DNA of 64,000 nt from assembly GCA_036172245.1 (NCBI GenBank), contig JAYWIR010000022.1:186001-250000 (forward strand), read 5' to 3'. The notes below the pieces were generated by a model, which was not told the DNA's origin, did no database searches, and was given only the letters and a program-made list of their open reading frames with translations. The DNA comes from Raillietiella orientalis. Taxonomy: Eukaryota. Within the stretch, counting starts at the first letter, position 1. The number at the start of each line of letters is the position of its first letter. This document shows, piece after piece, positions 51,901 through 63,900 of the stretch. Position numbers and translations under genes: made by a program.

Positions 51901-54900
51901 CGTGCGATGGTGTGCAACAACCGGGGGCACAGCATCTCTTCGTATCCGTGGAAACGAGAGGTGTCGCGCGATGGCTGCAGCCCTTGCCCAGGCGACGTGG
52001 CCGATTGCCGGACGAGCGCTGCGTCGCATACGCCCGTGCACTCTCTCCCGGCGCTTTGAGGCCTCGCGGTCCTCCTCTGGATTTGGGCTGCAACACAGAT
52101 TCCGTCTCGCGGAGATCCACGAGGCAATCGGTGGAGCCACGGGCAGCGTGGCTCGCTGGAGTTCGGACCTCGATCGCCAGCAGAGGCCTCGGAGCCTTCG
52201 ACCGGAGCCACCCGCCCTCTCCCGAGCGCAGCCGGGATGCGTCCTCCGGCACCTCGGTCTCGTGGGCGTCACCTGCACGACAGTGGAGCTTCCCTCCCTC
52301 CCCCTCCCCTCTGCCTGGTCGCTTAGGGCACCTCCTCGTACGGGACTCTGGCAACCGCGCTCCCTGCTCCTCAAGCTCCAGTCGCCTTCACAGACGGAGC
52401 GTCTGCCAGGAGGACGAGGCCTCGGAGGGTGGAGGGTAAAGAAAGAGCGTGTAGGGGATCCTCAGGACTCGGGAAGCGAGGTCGAGCGTGCTCCCGACCT
52501 GCTTGCTACCGCTTTCCCTCCTACGCCATGTAGGGTCACGGGATGGGCGCTGCCCTCGATCCACCACCGTTTTTCCTCGGAAAAACCGAGGCCGCCCTGA
52601 TAGAATGACTCGGCAGCGCCCCTCCTCCCCCATCCTACCCATAGCTCAGGAGGGAGCGAACGGGATCGAGAAGATGGGAATCTGCTCCCTCCCAGGAGCC
52701 AACGAGATCGACTCCGGGGACCGGGACTCTCTCCCGGAATCTGCGCCCTTGGAGCGACTCTTCCGGGCTATTTTCGTCCTCCTGCCGCTCCCGGAATTCA
52801 GAGTTTCTAGGAGCTCCGGTACGGGTCTCCTGGGGTGTTGCTTTGCCCCCTTCCGGGTTCAGGACGAAGAGGAGCGGGGAGGATCGAAAGGAAGGGAACA
52901 TCTTGGAGGGAGTGTCGCACGCGTGAACCGGGATGCTGTCGGGAATCCGCTCCTAGCTCTGATGGTACGCGGCGCGCACCAGCCGCCTTCCCGGGGAGCC
53001 AAGGACACTCTTGGAAGGACACAGGCGAAGGAGGGGCGATGGTCAGCTCGGCTGGAGGGTATTTGGCGGACCACCTCTGGCTCCACCCTCCCGGCTGTGA
53101 CATCACTTCCCTCCCCCGGGCGAGCCGCGACGTCTGCGCGTCGGATCCCCGGCCAGTCGGTGCTCGGAAGCGGCTTCTAGAAAGGACAGGTGTGCAGCGA
53201 CCGGGTGCGGACCTCCAGCCGTCCACTCCACCCCCCCTCACACCGCAGTCTGCGCCGTTGCCGCGGCAACACCTGCCCGCCGCAGATGCGGGCGTCCCGC
53301 CGCAGCTGCCGCCGGCCTCTAGTCTGCGTCTTCAAATTGACTGCTCCGCGCCATCCCTCCATACCGGAGGGGCCGCCGAGGTCTCCTGCGCCTCCTCGGG
53401 AGACCTCCTTCTGGAAGAGAAGGAAAGAGAGTACCTCTTGGGGAGAGAAGACGGGGGAAGGGCGCCTCCCGGGAGTCCAAACTTCCTCCTAAAGAGATGT
53501 GCGTTGACCAAGGGAACGGAGTCCAGGAGCCAGCAGCTCCCAAGGCCGACGGTGCCACCTCCCGGCATGGGCTCCTTATGGTGAGAATTGGGGATCGCAG
53601 CGGAGGGCTCACCTTGCCCTCCGCTGCCCCCCAAGTCGCGGCTCCGGGACAGGCAGCTCTCTTGCCGACGCTTCCCCGTCCGAAGACGCCGTATCTCCTT
53701 GATGGTCACTCGGGCGTGTCGCCGCAGGGACGTACGGGGTCGGTCCGCGCGCCTCTGCCCCCCACTTGCCCGCGGCTGAGACAGGCGGGTAGTTCCCGCA
53801 TCGCCGGGGCAAGGGATGCAGCCATGGCGCGACATCTTCCGTTTCTACGGATACGAAGCGACACTGCGCCCTCGATTGTTGCACGTCGTCGCACATGCGC
53901 GCAGGAATGAAAACGTAAGGCAGAGCAGCCGGCCAACTGCCCTGCTCCACCACCTGGTGCTCCTCTACCGCTCCCGCCCTATCGGGGAAGAGGCGGCGGC
54001 AGCGGCACGACAAACCGACCGCCGGCAGCTGCGCCTGGCCGGCCGGCGTTCCCGAGAAGTCGTCTCCCCCTCCCCCCCCTTCAGCGCTGCTCCATCCACC
54101 CAAGGACGGGCGGGAGGCAGTGAGCACGCCTCCGCTTCGAGGCTCCTGCAGACGTCCACTGATACCTCTCCGCGCAGCACCTCCAGGGGCGCAGCAACAG
54201 CTGCTCGGACGACCTTCAGGCGGATTTCTCGGCGAGAGCGCCCCCAAACTCTCCTCACCCTCCCGCTGACCTCTCCTCCTTGCCCTGGGGAGTCTCAGTT
54301 CATCTGGTCCACTCCCCTTTTAGGGGCGGTGAGGGCGAAGGAGCTGAAGCTACTGGTCAAGGAGGACGCCGTGCTGGAGTGCCCCGTGCCCAGGAGCCGC
54401 TGCGGGGACGTCCACACCATCAAGTGGTACAAGGACCAGGAGCGGATCTTCATCCACAGCGAGATCGGGTCGCTTTCGCGCTCGGAGAACTCGTTGGTCG
54501 GCAGGTAATGCTCCGGAGTCCCCCCAGCCCGCGGATCCCAGCTGCTCTCCTCCCAAGAACCAAGCTTCTGGAGAGCGCCAACGGCACCTCCATGGATCTG
54601 CGCATCTTCTCGGTGGCACCCCTGGACTCGGGCCGGTACAAATGCGACATCACGTACCTGGATGTGCGCGATGGCTGCGCGGTGGTCCACCTGGTGGACG
54701 TGGACGTGCGAGGTGAGGGTGCCGGGGCATGGTCGAGCGCCGCCAGTCTTGATCGTCTCCCTTGCCTCACAGTGCCGCCCGAGTACGTGGCGCTGAGCCT
54801 AAGGGACGGCACCGCCGTCGCCAACGGTTCGTCCGTGGGCCCCTTCTACGAGGGCGCTGAGCTGGAGGTCACCTGCGAGTCCGGGGGCGGCAGACCCTTT

Positions 54901-57900
54901 CCGTCGGTCTCCTGGTGGAGCGGCGATCGCCGTCTGAGTGGCACCAATTACTCGACCTCCGCCGATGGCAGCGGCACGGGCTCCAGCAGAAGCCGCCTGA
55001 AGGTGGCGCTCGGGAGGTCCGACATCGGCGCCAGGTTCCGGTGCAGCGCCGAGAACGAGGTCTCGGAGAGGCCACTGGTCGTTGAGTTCGCCGTTGACGT
55101 CTACGGTGAGCGTCGTTGCCGGCGGCGCGGTCGGCTGGCGGGTAGCGCCACCTCGCAGGTCCCGCCACCTCAAGTACCGCGCACCGCTCCTCCTTTCCTC
55201 GTTCTCCCGACCCCTCCTGGCCTCGATGGCGGAGGGAGCGGGTGGTGGGGTGCCGCGCCATGAGGGAGGGAGGGACGTACGTACCCGCGGTGTCAACTCT
55301 GACTGGGTAGTGCCACGTTTTTTTTTTTTGGCTCCTTCCAGTCGCCCCCATGGACATGGAAATGGTCGGGCTGAGGGGCCCTGTGAAGGAGGGCACGCAC
55401 CTCTCGCTGTCCTGCAAGGTCAGTGGCGCCAAGCCAGCCGCCAACGTTTCCTGGTTCAACGGGTCGATGCCGGTGACCGTGAAGCCCCAGGTCACTGTCC
55501 GGAAGCAGGTAAGCGGCAGTCTCCCGCTGCCTCTCCGGAGAAGGGGGGCCACTTCCTCCTCCGACGACCGTTCGCTTTCCAGGAAGACGGCACCCTGGAG
55601 ACGGAGAGCATTCTCTCGTTCGAGGCATCTCGCTTCGAGAATTCCAGGAAGTTCCGTTGCCAGGCGACGAACGAGGTCCTGGAATCCAACGTGCAGAGTC
55701 CCTTGATCGCGTACACCGTCCTAGACGTCCTTTGTAAGAGTCCTTCCCCCTCCCTCCCTTTCTTGCCCCCCTTGGGCCCTTGCTTCATCTCCGCCTCTTC
55801 CCAGATGCCCCCTTCGTCGCAGTTTCACCTGACAACGTTACCGTCGCCGAGGAGACGGATTTCTTCCTCATTTGCAGCTATGATGCCAACCCCGCCAACC
55901 TCACGCGAGTCATTTGGTACGTGGTGATCTCTCTGGGATTTCGGGTCGGCGCTCCCCTCTCGGCCTCCCCTCTCCGCGAGGGATGCCCCATCTTCCCCGT
56001 GTGTGGGTGGAACGGGGAGGAGGGAAGGGCTGAGGGGGAGATGGCGCTCGAGCCCTCGCAGGCACGTGGGGTCGCTCACGCAGTGACCTCCACCTTTCCT
56101 AGCGGTCGCGTCTCCTCTTCAGCTATTCGGAGGACACGAGGCACCGTCTGGGTAGGCGCCGCGAAGGTGGCGCTGTGGCGCTCAGAGCGAACCTCCTCGA
56201 GCGGCCAGAGGTGCCGCGGCGCTTGCCGGTTTCTCCGGCGCAGTCACTTGGGTGGATGGGGGAGTGGGTGTAGGCGTCCCGGTCCTCTTGAGTAGGTTGC
56301 TCTCAAGGGGCGGGAGAACGGAGCGGTTCGTCGGGAAAGAACTCGGTAGTGAGGGATCCCACGGGAGCGTCGCCGGAAGTGTGCGAGCGAGGGCATCCCT
56401 CGAGGCGTTGGCGCTGCCGGGCCCTCGTTGCCCAGGTTACCCCGAGCCGGCCACCGAGCTCCCTACCAGCTGCAAGGCCTCCTCCGGGGATGGGGGGACT
56501 CCTCAGATACTTCCGGGCTAACGCTGCTTGCTGGTCGCCGTGAAGATCCCGGAGTTGCCCGACAACGGAGCCGAGCCTGTTGCGTCCCTATTTCGCCGCC
56601 GCCCTGCGAGCGCCACGAGCGTCTCTCGTCCTCCTCCCCCTTCCTTCCGCACAGCGCCCACTGATGAACTCGGAGGGTCCCTTTTGCGGTTCTCGAAATC
56701 CGGAAGAGTCTTCGCCGAGGGGACGGGTGGTCGGGTAGCAGCGCCGGCGGCAGCGGCGTGCTCTGCCGGGAGGTGGGTCGGCTCCCCCAGGCTCAGAGTC
56801 GCGAAGCTCCAGCACATCCAGTTGACTGCCTGCTCTTGCGTGACCCTCACTCTGCCTGAGGCTCCTCGAGAAGGCGGGAAACCCCCCCGTGGGGACCTCC
56901 GTCCGTCTTCCCGTACGCAGGCGTGGAGAGCGGCTGCTTCCCTGCCGACTCGCTGAACCCGGCGGCGCGGGCAGCCGTGGAGCGGGCGTCGCACCTCCTT
57001 CCCTTCCCCTTCACCCGATTTCCCGGACCCCATACTCGCTCCACAGGAACGTGGTCCCGCGGGACGAAACGCGGACGGTTCGGATGGATCGTTCGACGGA
57101 CCCCTCTGTGCCCACCAGAGGCAGTCTCCCCTTCACTCCCTTCCTTCCACTTCGTAGCAACCATGCCACGCGGGCAGAGGCTCCTTCCAAGAGGGGGCAA
57201 TTCCTTCTCTTCCCGAGAACCAGGACGAGATCCCGCGAGTGGGTCGAACCGGGCGCGCACCACGGGTCATCCCTCGGACGCGAGGCGTTTTCCGCAGCCG
57301 GCGGGGGATTCTCGCCGTCCGGGAAGCGCGTCCCGGAATTCCCCTCACCGGAGCGGCTCGGTCTGCCTCCGACTGCCCCGGACGCCCAGAATATTAATGA
57401 CCTCTTGATGAGCTTCGTTACCGTCTGTTCTCGTTTATCTGGCGGCGCGCCCGCGGGATGCGAGGCGCGCGCTTCTCCCCCGCCCAGAAATCGAATTTCC
57501 GATGCAAATGCGGGAAGGCGGCGGCTCTGGGAAAGAGAGTACCCTCCCAGGGGAGGCGCGCGAATAAAGGTGACCAGCCGGTGGCGCGCACAAAGAGCGC
57601 AGAGGGAACCCCGAGCTCCTGCCTCGGGACCGCCTGGGGGCCGGGTGTAGCAGGCGCGCGCGGTAGCCTTGGCGACGGAACCCCCCGCGCGTGCCGAGCG
57701 GTGCCTCTCGTCCCTTTCCCCTCGTCTCCATCGTCGAATGCGTGGGACGCGCGCCCTTGACAGGGAGGACGGATGCGAAGGTACTTTTGGCGCAGCACTC
57801 CCGTGCCCCACGCTGGCGCCCAGGAAGCCCCCTCTCTCTGTGCGCCGCTGGCGCCGGATTGCTTCCCGGTGCGACCGGTCGCTTGCAGGAGAGGGCGCAC

Positions 57901-60900
57901 CGAGTTCTCCGAGGTACTCCGCCTCTTTGGGAGTGGATCCCTCCCTCGCTGAGGGACTTCGTAGGGCGGCGTCCCTGCGCGTGGACGCCTCCGCCTCCTC
58001 CCCTTCCTCGCCTATAGGACGCCGCCCTGGACGAGCAGTGCCTCTTCTCCCGGCTGGCCCCAGAAGCGTCCCGCGCCGAACCGCGCGGGGCAGGAGTGGC
58101 GAAGGCGACAGCAATGGCCGATGGTCCGCGTTCCCTCGGCGAGCGCGGCTGTAGGGGAGGAGGGCCTTTGGTCACCCCCCGACAATCGCCTTCTCCCGCT
58201 CGCCGAACGGGTGCCGCGTGCCTAGGGAGCGTTCCCGGGAGTGAACGCGGAGGCAAAGCTGGGAAACCCCGAGATGTTGCTTGGAGGGGGAAGCGGCCTC
58301 CAGCGCGGCGGGGTGTCTTTGGGAAGGAGGGCGCCCCGCCTGTCCTCGCAAAGATCTCCCTTTCCTGCTGATCTGTTTGATTCTTCCTTCGGGATGACCC
58401 CCTCCCCCTTCTAGTGGACCCTGCAGCTTTCTCGGATGCCGGACGAATGCGACGCCGCCTGCCCCTCGTTACCAGCTGCGGGTGTCGGTCGATGCCCGGC
58501 CTCATGAGCGACATGGCGCGAACTCTCACGGTTGCAAGGAAGAGCAGCGTTGCTAAGGAGAGTGGCGGGCGTCCCTGCCTTCCGGGAAGACTCCGCTATC
58601 GCACGGTGCGCACCCGGGTCGACCCTCCTCCCCTCCCCTTCCAGACTGAGGGCTTTCTTCTGAGGACTACACGGGAACACTCGCGTCCCGTGTCGTCCTC
58701 ACAGAAAGAGCGCCTCCTTCCCCCCCCCCCTCCCTTGGTTCGTTTCCAGGGACGTCGCTCGGTGGTCGCCTTTACGTCTCGACGTCCCGATGATCTCCGA
58801 TGGGGGGGGGGGGACGAAACTACGAAGCAGCAGCGTAGGGATGCCCTTCGATGTCTTCTGTGCGCGTAGGGAAGACTTCCGCAAATTGCCCAGTTTCTTG
58901 GACGGGAAACATCCTGCACCCGCTGCTTTCCCAGCCGGGGTCCCTGGAACAGAAAGAAACTGCGCGGCGTCCGCGCGCTCGCTTCGAAGGAGGAAGGGGG
59001 TCGCCCTCTTGCGGTCCATCTGGGAAAGGCGCCGGCGGGAGGACTCCGGGAGCGGGTGGGAGTCTCTTCCGCGCCTTCGCCATGGCTACGGGGAAAAAAG
59101 CTTTTCCATAGGTGAGAGGCAACGCCGACCCGGGAGCACCTGGGGGCGCACGGATGGACGTTGCGCAGAGGGCGCCGATAGGACTACCGCGAGTTCACGA
59201 GGGAAGGAACAGGGATGCTCGCCGGAGGGCCGCTGGCGCTCCCTTTCGACCGGGACTCTCCGGCAGCGGCCGTGTGAGCGGGAGAAGCCACCGCGCTCCC
59301 GTGGGCGCCGTCGTATGCCACGACGGGAGCTGGGCATCCCGTCCCGTGGAGAACTCGCGTGGGGGTGAGGGGTAAAGAGAACGCCGGTCGGCCGGCGCGC
59401 CCCGATAGGCCAGCTGCCTGTCCGCCCCGCTGACGCTCTCCTTCAGGTACCGGGACGCGCAGGAGATCTACCTGGACCCGGACAAGTACAGCGGCGGCTA
59501 CGCGGATGTCCCCTCTCTGATGATCAGGAACGTCTCCAGGGACGATGCCGCGGAGTACTCGTGCTTCCTGGAGAACGAGATCGGCATCCGGGAGTCCCGA
59601 AACAGGGCCCGGCTCAACGTGCTGCGTGAGTGGGCGCCCCTCGGCGGCGGACGAGGGTCGGCGGAGGGTCCACGCGCGCCCCTCGGCTCTCAGTCCCTCC
59701 CCCCTTCCATCTCCCCCGCGCGCGGCGCGATGGCCTTTGGCACCGGGCTGGCGAGAACGCGCGCTTTCCAGACGTGCCGGAGGTGAGGATCGAGATGGTG
59801 CCCGCGGGTCCAGTGACCCTAACCGTGGAGAGGAACGTGACCCTGCGGTGCGCCACTACGGCGGGCTACCCACGTCGCCTGGAACACGTCAAGTGGTTCT
59901 TCAATGACGCCCCCTTCCGGGAGTGCCAGGACAACCACAGCGTCCTGTACTACGACTTCACGCGCAGCGAGTGCGACGACGGCGCGCAGGCGCTCTTTCT
60001 CCGTGACGTCAGCAGTTCCTCCTCAGGCAACTACTCATGCCAGGGCAAGAACCAGGCTGGATGGAGCGCCAAGTCCTCCTCCGAAGGGCTCGTCGTCCAC
60101 TGTGAGTGCAGGAGCTGCCCTACCCGCCGGGGCGCCCCTGGGAACGGCCTTCCCCCTTTTCGCCGGGGAACACGCGCGCCTCTCTGCGGCGGTTTTCCAG
60201 ACGCTCCCGGAGACTCCTTCTTGACCTACCACCCGCTGAAGGTCGTCAAGAAGTCCTCGGTGACGCTGACGTGCAATGTGTTCGATCCGGGGCACCCGAA
60301 GAGCAGTACGTACAAGTGGTACCGCAACGGGGTCGAGGTGAAAGGGATCAACTCGTCCTCGTGGACCATCGACCCCGTGGGCGTGGAGACAGAGGCCAAC
60401 TTTTCCTGCAGCGCCGTCAACTTCGTAGGGGAGAGCCCGAGGAACCCGCTGGAGCTGAAGGTGTACGGTGAGTGGAGGGGAGACCGCGGGGGGGTGGAAC
60501 TCTCGCTGATCCCCGGCCTTGCAGCCGCCCCCGCCTTCATCGAGCGCCTGCCGCCCTACTACGGGGTGCGCGCCGGCGCCACTGCGGTGAGCCTCACCTG
60601 CCAAGTCGAATGCATTCCTCTTTGTCGCGTAGAGTGGATAAGGAACGGCCGAGCGTTGCTCGGCTCCAAAACTTACAGCATTTCCAGCACGGTCACCGGG
60701 CGCAACCCCATGACCGGCGACCTGGAGTCGGTGGTCTCCACGCTGACGTGGAATCTGGACGCGTTCCCCGGCGGGCGCCTGGACAGGCACTCCGACGGCG
60801 GCAACTACACCTGCCGGAGCTCCGGAAACCGCATCGGGCCAGGGGTCAGCAGCACCACGCTCTTCCGGGTCGAATGTGAGTGACCACCCCTTCCGAGAGC

Positions 60901-63900
60901 GCCCGTCCCAAACAACCCTTCTCCCGCCCGCCCCGGGCGGGGACTGCAGTCTCTCCGGAGAACGTCTCCCTGTCCCGGGAAGAGGTCCACGCCGTGGAGG
61001 GCGAGAGAGCGCCGCCAGTGTCCTGCTCTGCAGACGCGTACCCGGCACCGACATACAACTGGACTTTCCATGGAGATCGCGTGGCCACGGGGCGCGTCCT
61101 CGACCTCGACCGCGTTGTCGCCAGGCGCGACGCCGGCGTCTACACCTGCGTCGCCTGGAACCGCCACGGGAACGCATCCGCCGGTGCCAGCATCCACGTC
61201 CACTGTAAGCCCCCGCCTCTGCCGCTGCCACTCATCCCCCTCGTCACCGCGCCCCGGTAGACAAGCCGGAGTGCGCCATCGAGCGGCAAGAGGAGGAGGG
61301 GCGCACCAGACTGGTCTGCGAGGTGTCCGCGGACCCCGACGCGGTGGACTTCCGCTGGGAGCGGGACAACAGGACCCTGGAGGAGGAGAGGGAGGAGGTG
61401 ACCACCGAGCGTTTGAGGAGCGTCCTGACCCTGAGACACGGCGCCGACCGCGCTGGAATGTACCGCTGCTTCGCCAACAATTCAGTGGGCACAGTCGACC
61501 GCCCCTGCGAGATCGACGTTCGAGGTAGGCAGGCGCTCCTGCCTCCCTCCCCCAGCGCGGCCCCCTCCCCTCCCCTTTCACTAACCACCTCTCTTAACCG
61601 CCCCCTCCCAGCCCGCCACGTCGCCAGACCGCATTCCTGGTGGCGGTTCTGGACACGTGAGTACCCGCACCCCTCCCCCGGTAGGTGGCGCCCGCCACTG
61701 ACGCCCGCGTTCTCCGCGCAGAGCCCCAGCTGTGGCTGGCGTCGGTGGGCGTCGACGACGCCATGTTGGCCGCTATCGTCTGCGGAGCCCTCGTCGTGCT
61801 GGCTCTCCTCCTCGTCCTCGCCGTCTGGTGCTGCCGGAGGAGGAGGGAGAAGGGTGAGTCGGGAATGGGGGGCAGACCCTCCTCTCGACCCCGGGCACCC
61901 GCGACTGCGCCGATGGGGGGAGCGTTGATGGGTCCGCCCGGGGACGCGCCCGCGCTCTCCACGCCGCCCACGGGACGGCGCCGGCGTCGCCCGCTTACTG
62001 CCGCGGGAAGCGCCTCTTCCTCTTCCGCCTTCCCCCGCGAGTCCCCTCCTGCTGCTGACCCCGTCTCTCCGACTAGTCGATGCCCGCGGAGGCGCTGCAG
62101 GGAGCATGAACGAGCGCAGGTAAGGCCGGGCCACAGCACTCCCATCCACCACCGGTGGGCGGAGACCCCGCACCGAGCGAGACTCCCTCGCCCTCCCCCG
62201 CACGCGCACGCGCACCTCCTCGGGCGGCACATCCTCCCGGGAACTTCCGGCCTGCCACCCGGTGTCTTCCACATCTCCCCTGGAGAGGTTTTCCAGCTCT
62301 GAGGAGGCGGACTGGCCGGCCCAGGAAAAGACTCCGCCCGCCCGACCCCCGCCCCCCAGACCGCGGGCGCTCGACCAGAGGGAGTTGCGCGCGTCCCCGC
62401 GACGCGACCGCCACCGGCGCCGCCGCCGAACCGGCAGCAGCGGAAGGGACGGTGAGTACCCCTGGGCCCCCCGGAAAGAAGGCTACCATCCCCGCCCGTC
62501 CGCCCGAGCGGGGGCGTCCTGGGGGAGCCAGACGCGCGCAGATCGCATGGGAGTCGCGGCGCGTGCGCGCGGCTCTCGCGCCTCGGGGGAAAGGGGGGTC
62601 GCGAGGGACGTCCGGAACGCAGTATCCGCTCTCCTGCTACTCCGCGGAGGGCACGAGCGCCCTTCGCCTCCCCGGAGGCGCCGCCGCTGTCGCCTCTGCT
62701 AACGCGTCCCTTCCAGATCCTTCGCGGACGAACCGACTGGATGGCCAGGAGGACCGACTCTTCTATGAGAACCTACCCTTCCATGGGCTGCAGGCCCCAC
62801 CCAACAAGGTCCGTGAGTTCCCGCGCGCGCGCACACGGCCCTCTCACCCCTTTTTCCGCCCTTCTTCCTCGCACCTCTGCCCTTCTGCCCCTCCCCGCCC
62901 AGAGGACCTCCTCCCGTGGGTGCTTAGCTGTCTTTGCACGGGAGCAGGTGGGCGCGGACGGCCCGCGGCCCCCGAGCCGGCTCAGCCAGAACGGGTCCAG
63001 CGGGTACGGCTCCACGCACAGCCAGCTGGACGCGCCACCGGAGCGCAGGGACACCGCCCTGGCGAGGGGCGTCCTGGAGACACGCGCCGCCCGGCTGCGG
63101 CTGGCGACCTTCCGGCAGCCCAGCTTTCGCAGCGCGGCGCTGGCGCCAGGGGACACCCACGCAGGCGGCGCCGCATCCACGCAGCAGCTGCGCCAGAGGA
63201 GCGCGCCCGCTCGCGCCGGCTCCGCGGGCATCGGCGCGCAGTGGTGGTCGTCGCAGGAAGAGGTCAGTAGCGAACAGCGCGCCGTGGTCCCGCGCCGTCG
63301 CCGTTGCCCCGCCGGTCCGACAGTGGGTGGTTGGGCGCAGCAGAACCGCGGGAAAGGGGAGGGAGGGCAAGGGGAGGGCAGCAGCGTCATCGTTGTCCTG
63401 CCTCGCCCCTTTTTGGACAATCGAGGCGGAGGGAACGGTTCGCCGGTTGGCGCGGAGCTGAACGGCGCGGGACCAGAGAGCCGACTAACCGCATGCATCC
63501 CTCCCCACCCGCCTGCTTTGTGTTTGCCTAGGCGCCAGCAACCCCGAGGACGGGCACGGCTGTCGCCGCAGCCGCCGCTTGCAGCCGCGAGGAGCCCCCG
63601 GGACGCTTCCCGGGCCTCGCAGTCCCTCACGCCTGCTGCCGGATGCTTCCGCCTCCCCTCCCTCCGGCGCCCTCCCGCGTGGTCACTTCTGCCCCGGGGC
63701 AGCCGCTCTTGCTCTTGCCCTACACCCACGACTCCCTGCAGCTCGTCAGGGTGAGCGCCGAGGTGGACGTGTAGGTAAGGAGGGGAAAACCCCGATCCAC
63801 CCCACCCCCACGCCCCGCAGTGAGCGCTCGGCTTGGCCGAGCCGCAAGCTGCGGCGGCGCTGTCGTCTCCTTCTCCTCCTCCTCCTCTCCCCCTGCCTTT

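Noticed and set aside
56661..56700. CTGATGA...GAAA hammerhead-like core (also 19124 and 23351)
   Set aside because: Stem II does not close directly onto GAAA and stems I/III are missing
57047..57120. Possible alternative exon in the Ig4 intron (cacag|G AAC GTG GTC..., NVVPRDETRTVRMDRSTDPSVPTR)
   Set aside because: No Ig C-half motif and no canonical GT donor
62813..62818. Stronger-looking GTGAGT donor 4 nt after the exon 18 donor
   Set aside because: It gives phase 1, which is out of frame with both downstream phase-0 exons
60035..63729. Long minus-strand ORFs (398, 258, 342, 318 aa)
   Set aside because: Antisense shadows of GC3-rich exons of the + strand gene
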